Assembly: GCF_031581315.1 (NCBI RefSeq)
Contig: NZ_JAVLAZ010000011.1
Span: 1 to 42,824 of the forward strand
Source: Thiohalophilus sp.
GTDB taxonomy: Bacteria > Pseudomonadota > Gammaproteobacteria > UBA6429 > Thiohalophilaceae
Direction: 5' to 3'
Length of the DNA: 42,824 nucleotides
The position numbers and the translations under genes are program-made. Under the pieces are notes generated by a model. It saw only the letters and a list, made by a program, of their open reading frames with translations. It was not told the DNA's origin and searched no databases. Positions 19,924 through 30,669 of the stretch are shown here, in pieces (positions within the stretch are counted from its first letter, which is position 1; each line of letters opens with the position of its first letter).

Positions 19924-20122
19924 AACGCGGAGTTCGCAGAGCCGCGGAGACGCGGAGACGCGGAGTTTACTATTATTTCTGCCTGCCTGATCGTGTGAAT
20001 AGCAAGCTGCTGGTTGGGTTTTATCTGTTCGAATATAAAAACCTGTCCTCGAACGCCGGTTTATCGTAAATCGACGAAAAAATTATTCCTCTGCGCCTCC
20101 GCGTCTCCGCGAACTCCGCGTT
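19924..20122. repeat. Inverted-repeat cassette, 8-bp unit CGCRGAGN
   Basis: Arms 19924-19965 and 20089-20122; 30/34 complementary; AT-rich interior. Confidence 0.9.
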
Positions 20123-20148
20123 ATTTTTCGTAAATTTTGAAAAATCGT

Positions 20149-21822
20149 TCACCCCGCCTGGGCGCGATCGATCATTTCGCGGGCGTGGGAGAGGGTCTGG
20201 TCGGTGATTTCGATGCCGCCGAGCATGCGTGCCACTTCGTCGACGCGTTGTTCGGGAGTCAGTTCGGTAATTTCGCTGATGGTGACGTCAGAAGCGGCCC
20301 GTTTACTGACCTGAAAGTGATGCTCGCCCAGGGCCGCAACCTGGGGCAGGTGGGTGACGCAGAGTACCTGGCGATGGGCGGCCAGTTCGCGCAGTTGCAG
20401 GCCGACGATTTCGGCCACCCGGCCGCCGATGCCCACGTCCACCTCGTCGAAAATCAGGGTCGGGATGCGGGTGTCCTGCGCGGTAATCACCTGAATCGCC
20501 AGACTGATGCGCGACAGCTCGCCGCCGGAAGCGACCCGGCTCAGCGGCCGCAGCGGCTGACCGGGGTTGGCGCCGACAATAAATTCCACCCGTTCCAGTC
20601 CGTTGGGTGAGAAGCCGTCCTCGCGGGCTTCCAGTTGCACATCGAAACGACCGCCTTCCATACCCAGCGTCTGCATGCTTTGCGTGACCTGTTCGGCCAG
20701 TCGTGTGGCGGCCTTGTGGCGGCCGTCGCTTAACTGCTGCGCCAGCTGACGATAGTCGTTTTCGGCGTCGTCCAGGGCCTGTTGTAGCTGACCCAGTTGT
20801 ACGTCGGCGTGCTCCAGCGATTCGAGCTGTTGTTGCAGTTGCGGCAGTACACCGGGTAATTCCTCGACGGCCACATGGTGTTTGCGCGCCAGGGCATGGA
20901 TGTCGGAGAGGCGCTGTTCGACCCAGCCCAGACGACCGGGATCCAGCTCCAGCCCATCCAGATAATGGCGCAGTTCGCTACCGGCCTCGCGAACCTGGAT
21001 CAGCGCGCTGTCGAGCAACTCGGCAACCGCCTTGAGCCGGGAGTCGGTCTCAGCCAGCTGTTGCAGTTCACTGCTGCACTGGCTGAGCAGATGACTGGCA
21101 TTGGTTTCCTCATTGTCTTGCAGCAGCTGGCTGACCCGCTCGCTGGTCTCCAGAAGTTGGCTGGCATTGGCCAGGCGCTTGTGTTCCTGCTCCAGCTCCG
21201 GCGGTTCGTTCTCCTCCAGGGCAAGGGTTTCCAGCTCGTTGACCTGAAAGCGCAGCAGATCCAGCCGCGCGTCGCGTTCACTGCTGGCCTGGCGCAGATT
21301 GTCCAGTTCGGTTTTGTGTTGTTGCCAGCGTTGATACACCTCGCGCAATTGTTGCAGCAATGTCTGGTGGCCGGCATAGTCGTCCAGTAGCTGGCGCTGG
21401 ATATCCCGTTTGAGCAGGGACTGGTGTTCGTGCTGGCCATGCAGATCCACCAGCATCTCGCCTAGCTCGCGCAGGCTTTGAATGGGACTGGGCTTGCCGT
21501 TGATAAAGGCTTTGGAGGGGCCGTTGTTGCTGATGGTGCGGCGAATGATGCATTCGTTTTCGCTGGCCAGCTCGCGTTCGGCCAGCCAGGCTTCGGCGTC
21601 GGGGGCATCGACGGTGCTGAAGGTGACGCTGATCTCAGCCTTGTCGGCGCCGTGGCGAATGACGGCGGTGTCGGCACGATCGCCCAGCGCCAGGCTCAGG
21701 GCGTCGAGCAGGATCGATTTCCCGGCGCCGGTCTCCCCGGTAAAGACGGTCAAACCGTTGTCCATGGCCAGGTCGAGCTGTTCGACTATAGCAAAATTCC
21801 ATATGTGAATGTGTGTAAGCAT
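20149..21822 (-). CDS. recN: DNA repair protein RecN
   Basis: TGETGAGKS, LHGQHEHQ, ASGGELSR, FDEVD, VTHLPQVAA. Confidence 0.97.
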   Translation of the reverse strand: MLTHIHIWNFAIVEQLDLAMDNGLTVFTGETGAGKSILLDALSLALGDRADTAVIRHGADKAEISVTFSTVDAPDAEAWLAERELASENECIIRRTISNNGPSKAFINGKPSPIQSLRELGEMLVDLHGQHEHQSLLKRDIQRQLLDDYAGHQTLLQQLREVYQRWQQHKTELDNLRQASSERDARLDLLRFQVNELETLALEENEPPELEQEHKRLANASQLLETSERVSQLLQDNEETNASHLLSQCSSELQQLAETDSRLKAVAELLDSALIQVREAGSELRHYLDGLELDPGRLGWVEQRLSDIHALARKHHVAVEELPGVLPQLQQQLESLEHADVQLGQLQQALDDAENDYRQLAQQLSDGRHKAATRLAEQVTQSMQTLGMEGGRFDVQLEAREDGFSPNGLERVEFIVGANPGQPLRPLSRVASGGELSRISLAIQVITAQDTRIPTLIFDEVDVGIGGRVAEIVGLQLRELAAHRQVLCVTHLPQVAALGEHHFQVSKRAASDVTISEITELTPEQRVDEVARMLGGIEITDQTLSHAREMIDRAQAG

Positions 21823-21831
21823 ATCAGACAG

Positions 21832-22014
21832 TTACTGCATAATTGTAAGGTCGCTCCCGGCATGACCTCCAGGGATGGAGGAAATGCAGGGAATTGCCGG
21901 GAGCAATTCCCTGCCCATGCCTCCCGCGACAGGGCCTGCCCCATGAGCGCAGCGAATGCCGTGGGTATTAGTACGTCCCTGTACGTCGTTCCAGATATGG
22001 ATATGCGTCAGCAT
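21832..22014 (-). other. 60-aa ORF starting with a second copy of RecN residues 1-9, then reading through a repeat insertion
   Basis: MLTHIHIWN identical to the RecN N-terminus; in frame with recN; stop 3 codons before the recN ATG. Confidence 0.7.
21848..21987. repeat. Nested small hairpin repeats (GAC-stem-AGGGAY-stem units plus REP-like segment)
   Basis: Perfect 12-bp hairpin 21886-21914; two oppositely oriented GAC-N4-AGGGAY-N4' units. Confidence 0.65.
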
Positions 22015-22054
22015 GCCGTGTTACTCATCCTTTTTCGATCACAACCCGCACGGT

Positions 22055-22933
22055 TCAGAAGTGTTCGCCCCAGTGCAGCTTGCGGCGCAGTATCTCATAA
22101 TGATTGTGCTTGCAGGGATGGATCAGGCGGACCACGGTCTCCTTTTTGCGGATCAGAATCCGCTCGCCCGAGACCACGCCCAGATTGATCTGGCCGTCGC
22201 AGGTGACCTGGGCGTGGGAATGGGGATCCTCCTTGACCACCACTTCGATCTCGCTGTCGCCGTCGACCACGATGGGCCGGTAGCTCATGGTGTGCGGGCA
22301 AATCGGCACGATGATCATCGCATCCATGTCCGGCTCCAGGATCGGGCCGCCGGCCGACAGGGCGTAGGCCGTGGAACCGGTAGGGGTGGAGATGATCAGG
22401 CCGTCGGAGCGCACGCTGTTGAGCAGACGCCCGTTGATGTAGGTTTCCGTTTCGACCATGCGGGCCACTTCCCATTTGTGCAGCGCCACATCATTGAAGG
22501 CGTCGCTCTGGCTGGGCGGGCCTTCGTGATGATGGATCACCGTGGTGAGCATGATCCGATGTTCTTCCTCGAATTTGCCATTGAGGATTTCATTGATTTG
22601 TTGCGCCATTTCGTCGGGTGAGACATCCACCAGAAAGCCGAGTCGCCCCAGATTGACGCCCAGCAGCGGGACTTTGCTTTCCACCAGCGAGCGGGCGGCG
22701 TTGAGCAGGGTGCCGTCTCCCCCGATGGTGATGGCCAGATCGCTGCGTTGTCCCAGTTCCTCCAGGCTCACGCGGGAATAATCGCAACCGTTCAGGTGCT
22801 GGGCGGTGCTTTCTTCAATCAGGATCTCGCACTGACGCCGTTCCAGAAGCCGGCCCACTTCGAGAATGGCTTCATTGACGCCGGGATCGGCGTATTTGCC
22901 AATCAGTCCAACTGTGTTGAAAGCGTTATTCAT
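22055..22933 (-). CDS. nadK: NAD kinase
   Basis: GGDGT, GVNLGRLGFL, DGLIISTPTGSTAY. Confidence 0.97.
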   Translation of the reverse strand: MNNAFNTVGLIGKYADPGVNEAILEVGRLLERRQCEILIEESTAQHLNGCDYSRVSLEELGQRSDLAITIGGDGTLLNAARSLVESKVPLLGVNLGRLGFLVDVSPDEMAQQINEILNGKFEEEHRIMLTTVIHHHEGPPSQSDAFNDVALHKWEVARMVETETYINGRLLNSVRSDGLIISTPTGSTAYALSAGGPILEPDMDAMIIVPICPHTMSYRPIVVDGDSEIEVVVKEDPHSHAQVTCDGQINLGVVSGERILIRKKETVVRLIHPCKHNHYEILRRKLHWGEHF

Positions 22934-23015
22934 TGTTATTCTTCCCGTTTTCGATTCTCCCGGTACAGCCGTCGGGCGGGCTTGACAGCGGTCGCGACGA
23001 GTTGCAAATTCGCGA

Positions 23016-23042
23016 TTGGCACTCTATTCTGACGAGTGCTAA
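23016..23042 (+). promoter_or_regulatory. CIRCE operator upstream of hrcA
   Basis: TTGGCACTC-N9-GAGTGCTAA (1 mismatch to consensus); TTGACA at 22982. Confidence 0.92.
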
Positions 23043-23075
23043 TCATACCTCCATTTGACCAGACCGGGATGTGCC

Positions 23076-24113
23076 GTGAGCAACGATCCGATTATAAATG
23101 ATCGCGCCCAGTCGCTGTTAAAAACGCTGATAGAACGTTATATCCAGGACGGCCAGCCGGTCGGTTCCCGGATTCTGTCGCGTGAGTCGGGCATGAACGT
23201 CAGTCCGGCGACCGTACGCAATGTCATGGCCGATCTCGAAGATCTGGGGCTGGTCAAAGCGCCCCACACTTCCGCGGGTCGGATTCCCACAGTACGCGGA
23301 TACCGGCTGTTTGTCGATAATCTGCTGACCGTCCGTCCCTTGCGTGGCAATGTTATGGAACGTTTTCGTGATGAACTGCATCGCCTCGATGATCCCGAAG
23401 AGCTGATCGATCGCGTCTCCAACCTGCTCTCCAGCATGACCCGTATGGCGGGTCTGGTGATGTTGCCGCGTGCCGGCTCGGTCCAGCTAAAGCATATTGA
23501 ATTTCTTCCCCTGTCCGGGGACCGGGTACTGGTGATTCTGGTGGTCAATGATCAGCAGGTGCAAAACCGGATCATCCACACCGATCGGGCCTATACCCAG
23601 TCGGAGTTGCAACAGGCGGCCAATTATCTCAATAGCGAATTCGCCGGTCGCGAGCTGGATTCGATTCGTGCGCGGGTGCTCCAGCATATGGAAGAAATCC
23701 GCGACGACATGAAGCAGATCATGCAACTGGCGGTGCAACTGGCCGACGAGGTGGTCCAGACCAGTCAGACCGCCGACTACGTGGTCCACGGCGAGACCAA
23801 TCTGATGAGCTATGCCGAGATGGCTGATATGGAGCGCCTGCGCCAGCTGTTCGAGGCGCTCAAGACCAAGCAGGACATCCTGCACATTCTCGACAAGTCC
23901 ATCCACGCGGAGGGCATGCAGATTTTCATCGGCGAGGAATCGGGCTACGAGGCCTTCGGCGAATGCTCGGTGGTGACGTCGCCCTACAGGGTGCAGGACG
24001 AGGTGGTGGGCGTGCTGGGGGTCATCGGCCCGACCCGCATGGCCTATGACCGGGTGATACCGGTGGTGGATGTGACCGCCAAATTGCTGGGGTCACTCTT
24101 GACCTCGGAATAA
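23076..24113 (+). CDS. hrcA: Heat-inducible transcription repressor HrcA
   Basis: PVGS, SPATVRNVMADLE, PHTSAGRIPT, GVIGPTRMAY; start GTG 23076 or TTG 23055. Confidence 0.97.
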   Translation: MSNDPIINDRAQSLLKTLIERYIQDGQPVGSRILSRESGMNVSPATVRNVMADLEDLGLVKAPHTSAGRIPTVRGYRLFVDNLLTVRPLRGNVMERFRDELHRLDDPEELIDRVSNLLSSMTRMAGLVMLPRAGSVQLKHIEFLPLSGDRVLVILVVNDQQVQNRIIHTDRAYTQSELQQAANYLNSEFAGRELDSIRARVLQHMEEIRDDMKQIMQLAVQLADEVVQTSQTADYVVHGETNLMSYAEMADMERLRQLFEALKTKQDILHILDKSIHAEGMQIFIGEESGYEAFGECSVVTSPYRVQDEVVGVLGVIGPTRMAYDRVIPVVDVTAKLLGSLLTSE

Positions 24114-24125
24114 TCATCCCCATAT
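24098..24125 (+). promoter_or_regulatory. sigma-32 promoter for grpE
   Basis: CTTGAC-N14-CCCCATAT. Confidence 0.8.
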
Positions 24126-24187
24126 TCCCTCATAATTCTAAACAGATTCAACCACTTTCAGGTAATCGCAACGCTTCGGAGTAGAGC

Positions 24188-24799
24188 ATGAGTGACACAG
24201 ATGTGACCGATGAACAGCCCCAGGACAACCCCGGTGAGACGGAGGCCTGGCATGAGGGTGATTCCCACGCGCCTCTGGAGGCCGATAGCGTCGAGGAATT
24301 GCAGGCCAAATTGACCGAGGCGGAAAACCGCGCCCAGGAGAACTGGGAGAAGCTGCTGCGGACCAATGCGGAGATGGACAACCTGCGCCGGCGCACCGAA
24401 CGGGAGCTGGAAAGTGCCCACAAATATGCGCTGGAGCGCTTCGCCCAGGAACTGCTGGCGGTGCGGGACAGCCTGGAGATGGGCGTGGCCGCCGCCGAAC
24501 AGGAGGAAGCCAGTGTTGAGAAAATCAAGGAAGGGACCGAGCTGACCCTGCGCATGCTCGAGGGCGCTATGGACAAGTTCAATATCCAGCCCATCGATCC
24601 GCAGGACGAGCCCTTCGATCCGGAGCGGCACCAGGCCATGTCGACGGTTGAAACGCCGGATAAGGCCCCCAATACGGTAATCAATGTGATGCAAAAGGGC
24701 TATCTGCTCAATGACCGTTTGATCCGCCCGGCCATGGTGATTGTCTCCCGGGCCCCGGAGGCGGACGACAAGGGCACAAAGGTCGACCAACAGGCTTGA
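24188..24799 (+). CDS. grpE: Nucleotide exchange factor GrpE
   Basis: AEMDNLRRR, FDPERHQA, QKGYLLNDRLIRPAMV. Confidence 0.98.
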   Translation: MSDTDVTDEQPQDNPGETEAWHEGDSHAPLEADSVEELQAKLTEAENRAQENWEKLLRTNAEMDNLRRRTERELESAHKYALERFAQELLAVRDSLEMGVAAAEQEEASVEKIKEGTELTLRMLEGAMDKFNIQPIDPQDEPFDPERHQAMSTVETPDKAPNTVINVMQKGYLLNDRLIRPAMVIVSRAPEADDKGTKVDQQA

Positions 24800-24822
24800 A
24801 GTCGGCGTGGATGCCCCCATTT
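24795..24822 (+). promoter_or_regulatory. sigma-32 promoter for dnaK
   Basis: CTTGAA-N14-CCCCATTT. Confidence 0.88.
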
Positions 24823-24878
24823 AGAAAGCAACAACAGATTTTAAGACCCGAAACTCGCAAAACGTGGAGAACCGAACA

Positions 24879-26807
24879 ATGGGTAAAATAATTGGAATCG
24901 ACCTTGGTACAACCAACTCCTGCGTCGCCATCATGGATAGCGGCAAGGCCAAGGTGATCGAAAACAGTGAAGGTGACCGTACCACGCCATCCATCGTGGC
25001 TTACACCAAGGACGATGAAATCCTGGTGGGCCAGTCCGCCAAGCGTCAGGCCGTCACCAATCCCGAAAATACACTCTTCGCCATCAAGCGCCTGATCGGC
25101 CGCAAATTCCAGGATGATGAAGTCCAGAAGGACATCAACATGGTGCCCTACAACATCATGAAAGCCGACAACGGCGACGCCTGGGTGGAAGTCAACGGCA
25201 AGAAAATGGCCCCGCCGGAAATTTCCGCCAAGGTCTTGCAGAAGATGAAAAAATCGGCCGAGGACTATCTGGGCGAGGAAGTGACCGAAGCGGTCATTAC
25301 CGTGCCGGCCTATTTCAATGACTCCCAGCGTCAGGCGACCAAGGACGCCGGCAAGATCGCCGGGCTGGAGGTCAAGCGCATTATTAACGAACCGACCGCG
25401 GCGGCTCTGGCCTACGGGATGGACAAGAAGCGTGGCGACCAGAAGCTGGCCGTCTACGACCTCGGTGGCGGGACCTTCGATATTTCCATTATCGAAATCG
25501 CCGACATCGATGGCGAGCATCAGATCGAGGTACTGTCCACCAATGGTGATACCTTCCTCGGTGGTGAGGACTTCGACAAGCGCCTGATCGACTATCTGGC
25601 CGAACAGTTCAAGAAGGAACAGGGCATCGATCTTAAAGGCGATCCGCTGGCCATGCAGCGCCTCAAGGAAGGCGCGGAAAAGGCCAAGATCGAGCTCTCT
25701 TCCTCGCAGCAGACCGACGTCAATCTGCCGTATATCACGGCCGATGCCAGTGGTCCGAAACACATGAACGTTAAGATCACTCGCGCCAAGCTCGAATCGC
25801 TGGTCGAGGAATTGATCACCCGCTCCATGGAGCCGTGCAAGACGGCGCTCAAGGATGCCGGTCTGTCGGCTTCCGATGTGGATGATGTCATTCTGGTCGG
25901 CGGTCAGACCCGCATGCCCAAGGTCCAGGAAGCGGTCAAGGAATTCTTCGGCAAGGAGCCGCGCAAGGACGTGAATCCGGACGAAGCGGTCGCCCTGGGT
26001 GCCGCCATTCAGGCCGGTGTCCTGGGTGGCGACGTCAAGGACGTGCTGCTGCTCGATGTCACCCCGCTGTCGCTGGGTATCGAAACCCTCGGCGGTGTGA
26101 TGACCAAGCTGATCGAGAAGAACACCACCATCCCGACCAAGGCGACCCAGGTGTTCTCGACCGCCGATGATAACCAGAATGCGGTGACCGTCCACGTCCT
26201 GCAGGGCGAGCGCGAACGCGCTGACGCCAACAAGTCGCTGGGCCGGTTCGATCTGCAGGACATTCCGCCGGCACCGCGCGGTGTGCCGCAGATTGAAGTC
26301 ACGCTGGACATCGACGCCAACGGTATCCTGAATGTGTCGGCCAAGGACAAGGCGACCGGCAAGGAAAACAAGATCGTGATCAAGGCCTCCAGCGGCCTCT
26401 CCGAGGAGGAAGTTGAACAGATGGTCAAGGATGCCGAAGCCCATGCGGCCGATGACCAGAAGTTCCACGAAATGGTCGATGCCCGCAACCAGGCTGACAA
26501 TCTGATCCATGCCACCCGCAAATCCATGGATGAGCTGGGTGACAAGCTGGAAGCCGACGAGAAAGAGAAGATCGAGACGGCTATCAAGGAACTGGAAGAA
26601 GCCATGAACGGCGACAGCAAGGACGAGATCGAGGCCAAGACCAAGGCACTGACCGACGCGTCCGCCAAAATGGCCGAACGGCTCTACGCCGAACAGGGTG
26701 CTGCCGGTCAGGCCGGCGCGGAAGCCGCCTCCGAAGCCGGAAGCGGCCAGGCCGACGAAGACGTCGTCGATGCCGAGTTCGAGGAAGTGGACGACAACAA
26801 GAAATAA
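24879..26807 (+). CDS. dnaK: Chaperone DnaK (Hsp70)
   Basis: [32 protein letters not shown]. Confidence 0.99.
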   Translation: MGKIIGIDLGTTNSCVAIMDSGKAKVIENSEGDRTTPSIVAYTKDDEILVGQSAKRQAVTNPENTLFAIKRLIGRKFQDDEVQKDINMVPYNIMKADNGDAWVEVNGKKMAPPEISAKVLQKMKKSAEDYLGEEVTEAVITVPAYFNDSQRQATKDAGKIAGLEVKRIINEPTAAALAYGMDKKRGDQKLAVYDLGGGTFDISIIEIADIDGEHQIEVLSTNGDTFLGGEDFDKRLIDYLAEQFKKEQGIDLKGDPLAMQRLKEGAEKAKIELSSSQQTDVNLPYITADASGPKHMNVKITRAKLESLVEELITRSMEPCKTALKDAGLSASDVDDVILVGGQTRMPKVQEAVKEFFGKEPRKDVNPDEAVALGAAIQAGVLGGDVKDVLLLDVTPLSLGIETLGGVMTKLIEKNTTIPTKATQVFSTADDNQNAVTVHVLQGERERADANKSLGRFDLQDIPPAPRGVPQIEVTLDIDANGILNVSAKDKATGKENKIVIKASSGLSEEEVEQMVKDAEAHAADDQKFHEMVDARNQADNLIHATRKSMDELGDKLEADEKEKIETAIKELEEAMNGDSKDEIEAKTKALTDASAKMAERLYAEQGAAGQAGAEAASEAGSGQADEDVVDAEFEEVDDNKK

Positions 26808-26835
26808 GTCGTCACTTTCCCGGCTGTCACTACCC

Positions 26836-26865
26836 TGGCTGGATACAGGTAACTGTATCCAGCCA
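26836..26865. terminator. Perfect 13-bp hairpin after dnaK (terminator or stabiliser)
   Basis: tggctggatacag-gtaa-ctgtatccagcca; no clear U-tract. Confidence 0.5.
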
Positions 26866-26906
26866 ATTGCTGTGTAAGTTTCGGCGTTGTAGTACGGTAA
26901 AAGCGA

Positions 26907-26999
26907 AACCACTGAAAACACTGATGTACATCGAATATTTAGCGTTAATAATGTAATTAACCATGTTTGATTCGGTGACTTCAGTGTCTGTCGGTGGTT
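26907..26999. repeat. Degenerate inverted-repeat cassette, ~9-bp unit CACYGA-N3
   Basis: aaccactgaaaacactgatgtacatcgaa ... ttcggtgacttcagtgtctgtcggtggtt around an AT-rich core. Confidence 0.65.
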
Positions 27000-27132
27000 A
27001 CGAACAACGTATACAGATAGTTTGCGATTAATCAGGCGCGAGTACAGCGTTTGATGATTTGGTTTTCAGAATACGAGCAGTGACGCTTGAATGCGTGCTG
27101 CGTCGTTGATTCACGACAAAGCAAAAACGATT

Positions 27133-28275
27133 ATGGCCAAACAGGATTATTACGACGCGCTGGGTGTTTCCAAAAACGCCAGTGATGACGAGATCAAAAA
27201 AGCCTTCAAGCGCATGGCGATGAAATATCATCCGGATCGCAACCCGGATGATGAAGAGGCGCTGGAGAAGTTCAAGGAAGCGCGCGAGGCGTATGATGTA
27301 TTGAGCGATCCGCAAAAGCGGGCGGCCTACGACCAGTTCGGGCATGCCGGCGTGGATGGGGCGGCCGGTGGCGGAGCCGGGTTTGGCGGCGGCTTCGGTG
27401 GCGCCAGCTTCAGCGACATCTTCGGTGATGTCTTCGGCGATATTTTTGGCGGCGGTGGTGGCCGTGGCGGACAGCGCGTCTATCGCGGCGCCGATCTGCG
27501 CTATAACCTGGAACTGACCCTGGAAGAGGCGGTGAAGGGCTATTCGGCCAGTATTCGCATTCCCACGCACGTTCTCTGTGAAGAGTGTGACGGCAGCGGG
27601 GCGAAGAAAGGCAGCTCCCCGAGCACCTGTACCACCTGTGGTGGTCACGGTCAGGTGCGCATGCAACAGGGCTTTTTCTCGTTGCAGCAGACCTGTCCGC
27701 GCTGTCAGGGCACCGGCCAGATTATCACCGACCCCTGTGGCGTATGCCACGGTCAGGGCCGGGTCGAGAAAACCCGCACCCTGTCGGTCAAGGTCCCGGC
27801 CGGCGTGGACAACGGCGATCGTATTCGTCTGGCCGGGGAGGGCGAAGCCGGCGAGAATGGTGGCCCGCCGGGTGATCTCTATGTGCATATTCACGTCAAG
27901 CCCCATCCCATTTTCCTGCGCGACGGCAACGACCTGCACTGTGATGTCCCGGTCAGCATTGGCGTGGCTGCCCTGGGCGGTGAACTGGAAGTCCCGACTC
28001 TCGACGGTCGGATCAAGCTCAAGGTCCCGCCGGAAAGCCAGAGCGGCAAACAGTTCCGGATGCGCGGCAAGGGGGTCAAGTCGGTACGCGGCGACGGCGT
28101 CGGCGATCTGCTGTGCAAGATTTCCGTCGAAACGCCGGTCAATCTCACCAGCAAGCAAAAAGAGCTGTTGCAGCAGCTCGATGATTCCATGCAGGAAGAT
28201 GGTATCAAGCATAGCCCGCGTGCCGCCTCCTGGCTGGATGGTGTGAAAAAATTCTTCGAAGATATGAAGTTCTGA
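27133..28275 (+). CDS. dnaJ: Chaperone DnaJ
   Basis: HPD motif, G/F region, four CxxCxGxG. Confidence 0.99.
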   Translation: MAKQDYYDALGVSKNASDDEIKKAFKRMAMKYHPDRNPDDEEALEKFKEAREAYDVLSDPQKRAAYDQFGHAGVDGAAGGGAGFGGGFGGASFSDIFGDVFGDIFGGGGGRGGQRVYRGADLRYNLELTLEEAVKGYSASIRIPTHVLCEECDGSGAKKGSSPSTCTTCGGHGQVRMQQGFFSLQQTCPRCQGTGQIITDPCGVCHGQGRVEKTRTLSVKVPAGVDNGDRIRLAGEGEAGENGGPPGDLYVHIHVKPHPIFLRDGNDLHCDVPVSIGVAALGGELEVPTLDGRIKLKVPPESQSGKQFRMRGKGVKSVRGDGVGDLLCKISVETPVNLTSKQKELLQQLDDSMQEDGIKHSPRAASWLDGVKKFFEDMKF

Positions 28276-28297
28276 TTCAAGTCGTATTCGTTAACAG

Positions 28298-29374
<1,077 letters not shown>

Positions 29375-29455
29375 TGTGGTTACAAGGCCAGTTGGTTAGA
29401 ATAGAAAGGGTCTGAATTTAAGGTCAGATCGACAAATCGAATCGAAATTTTGCAT

Positions 29456-29490
29456 AGCGGGAGACTCCAGATTGGTATCTCCCGCTTTTT
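29456..29490 (+). terminator. Terminator-like hairpin in the carA leader (possible attenuator)
   Basis: agcgggaga...tctcccgct-tttt ending 28 nt before the carA TTG. Confidence 0.7.
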
Positions 29491-29517
29491 GCAGGCGCCC
29501 CGCGCAAGGGAGGACTC

Positions 29518-30669
29518 TTGAAAAAACCGGCACTGCTGGCGTTGGAAGACGGTACCATTTTTCACGGTGAGTCTATCGGCATAGACGGCCAGACCGTGGG
29601 CGAGGTGGTGTTCAACACCGCGATGACCGGTTATCAGGAGATACTGACCGATCCCTCCTACGCCAAACAGCTCGTTACCCTGACCTATCCGCACATTGGC
29701 AATGTCGGCGCCAATCATGAGGACGAAGAATCCCGCGCCGTATTCGCCGAGGGCCTGATCATTCGCGACCTGCCGCTGGTCGCCAGTAACTGGCGCAGCC
29801 AGGAAACCCTGGACAATTATCTGCAGCGCAACAACGTGGTCGGGATCGCCAACATTGATACCCGCAAGCTGACCCGTATCCTGCGCGAAAAGGGCGCCCA
29901 GAACGGCTGCATCATGGCCGGCAACAGCATCGACGAAAAACAGGCGTTGCAGGCCGCGCGGGAATTTCCCGGCCTCAAGGGCATGGACCTGGCCAAAGAG
30001 GTCACCACCGGCACGGCCTATGACTGGCTGGAAGGGGTGTGGAACCCCGGTGAAGGCTATCCCAATGTCCCCGCCATGGTTGAAGAGGCGCTCCCGTACC
30101 GGGTGGTGGCTTATGATTATGGCGTCAAACGCAACATCCTGCGCCTGCTGGTTAATCGCGGCTGCCGGGTGACGGTGGTGCCGGCGACGACCCCGGCCGA
30201 GGAGGTGCTGGCCATGGATCCGGACGGGATCTTTCTCTCCAACGGGCCGGGGGATCCGGAACCCTGCGATTACGCCATCGATGCTATTAAGAAAATACTT
30301 GAGAGCGGGGTACCGATGTTCGGTATCTGCCTCGGTCATCAGCTGCTGGGGCTGGCCAGTGGCGCCAAGAGTGTCAAAATGAAGTTCGGCCACCATGGCG
30401 CCAACCATCCGGTCCAGGATCTGGAAAGCAAGCAGGTGATGATCACCAGCCAGAACCATGGTTTTGCCATCGACGAGGATTCCCTGCCGGATAACGTCAC
30501 GGCGACACACCGTTCGCTGTTCGACGGCACGCTCCAGGGTGTGGCCTGCACCGACCGTCCGGCGTTCAGTTTTCAGGGACACCCCGAAGCCAGCCCGGGG
30601 CCACATGATCTTTCGCCATTGTTCGACAAGTTCATTGAATTGATTGAGTCCGCCAATGAACGCAAATAA
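29518..30669 (+). CDS. carA: Carbamoyl-phosphate synthase small subunit
   Basis: [38 protein letters not shown]; TTG start with GGAGG RBS. Confidence 0.98.
   Translation: MKKPALLALEDGTIFHGESIGIDGQTVGEVVFNTAMTGYQEILTDPSYAKQLVTLTYPHIGNVGANHEDEESRAVFAEGLIIRDLPLVASNWRSQETLDNYLQRNNVVGIANIDTRKLTRILREKGAQNGCIMAGNSIDEKQALQAAREFPGLKGMDLAKEVTTGTAYDWLEGVWNPGEGYPNVPAMVEEALPYRVVAYDYGVKRNILRLLVNRGCRVTVVPATTPAEEVLAMDPDGIFLSNGPGDPEPCDYAIDAIKKILESGVPMFGICLGHQLLGLASGAKSVKMKFGHHGANHPVQDLESKQVMITSQNHGFAIDEDSLPDNVTATHRSLFDGTLQGVACTDRPAFSFQGHPEASPGPHDLSPLFDKFIELIESANERK

Noticed and set aside
21810-21850. LexA box upstream of recN
   Set aside because: No CTG-N10-CAG with correct spacing found near the recN start.
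24708-26921. 737-aa ORF antisense to dnaK
   Set aside because: Long antisense frames opposite dnaK are a well-known codon-bias shadow; no independent motifs or RBS.
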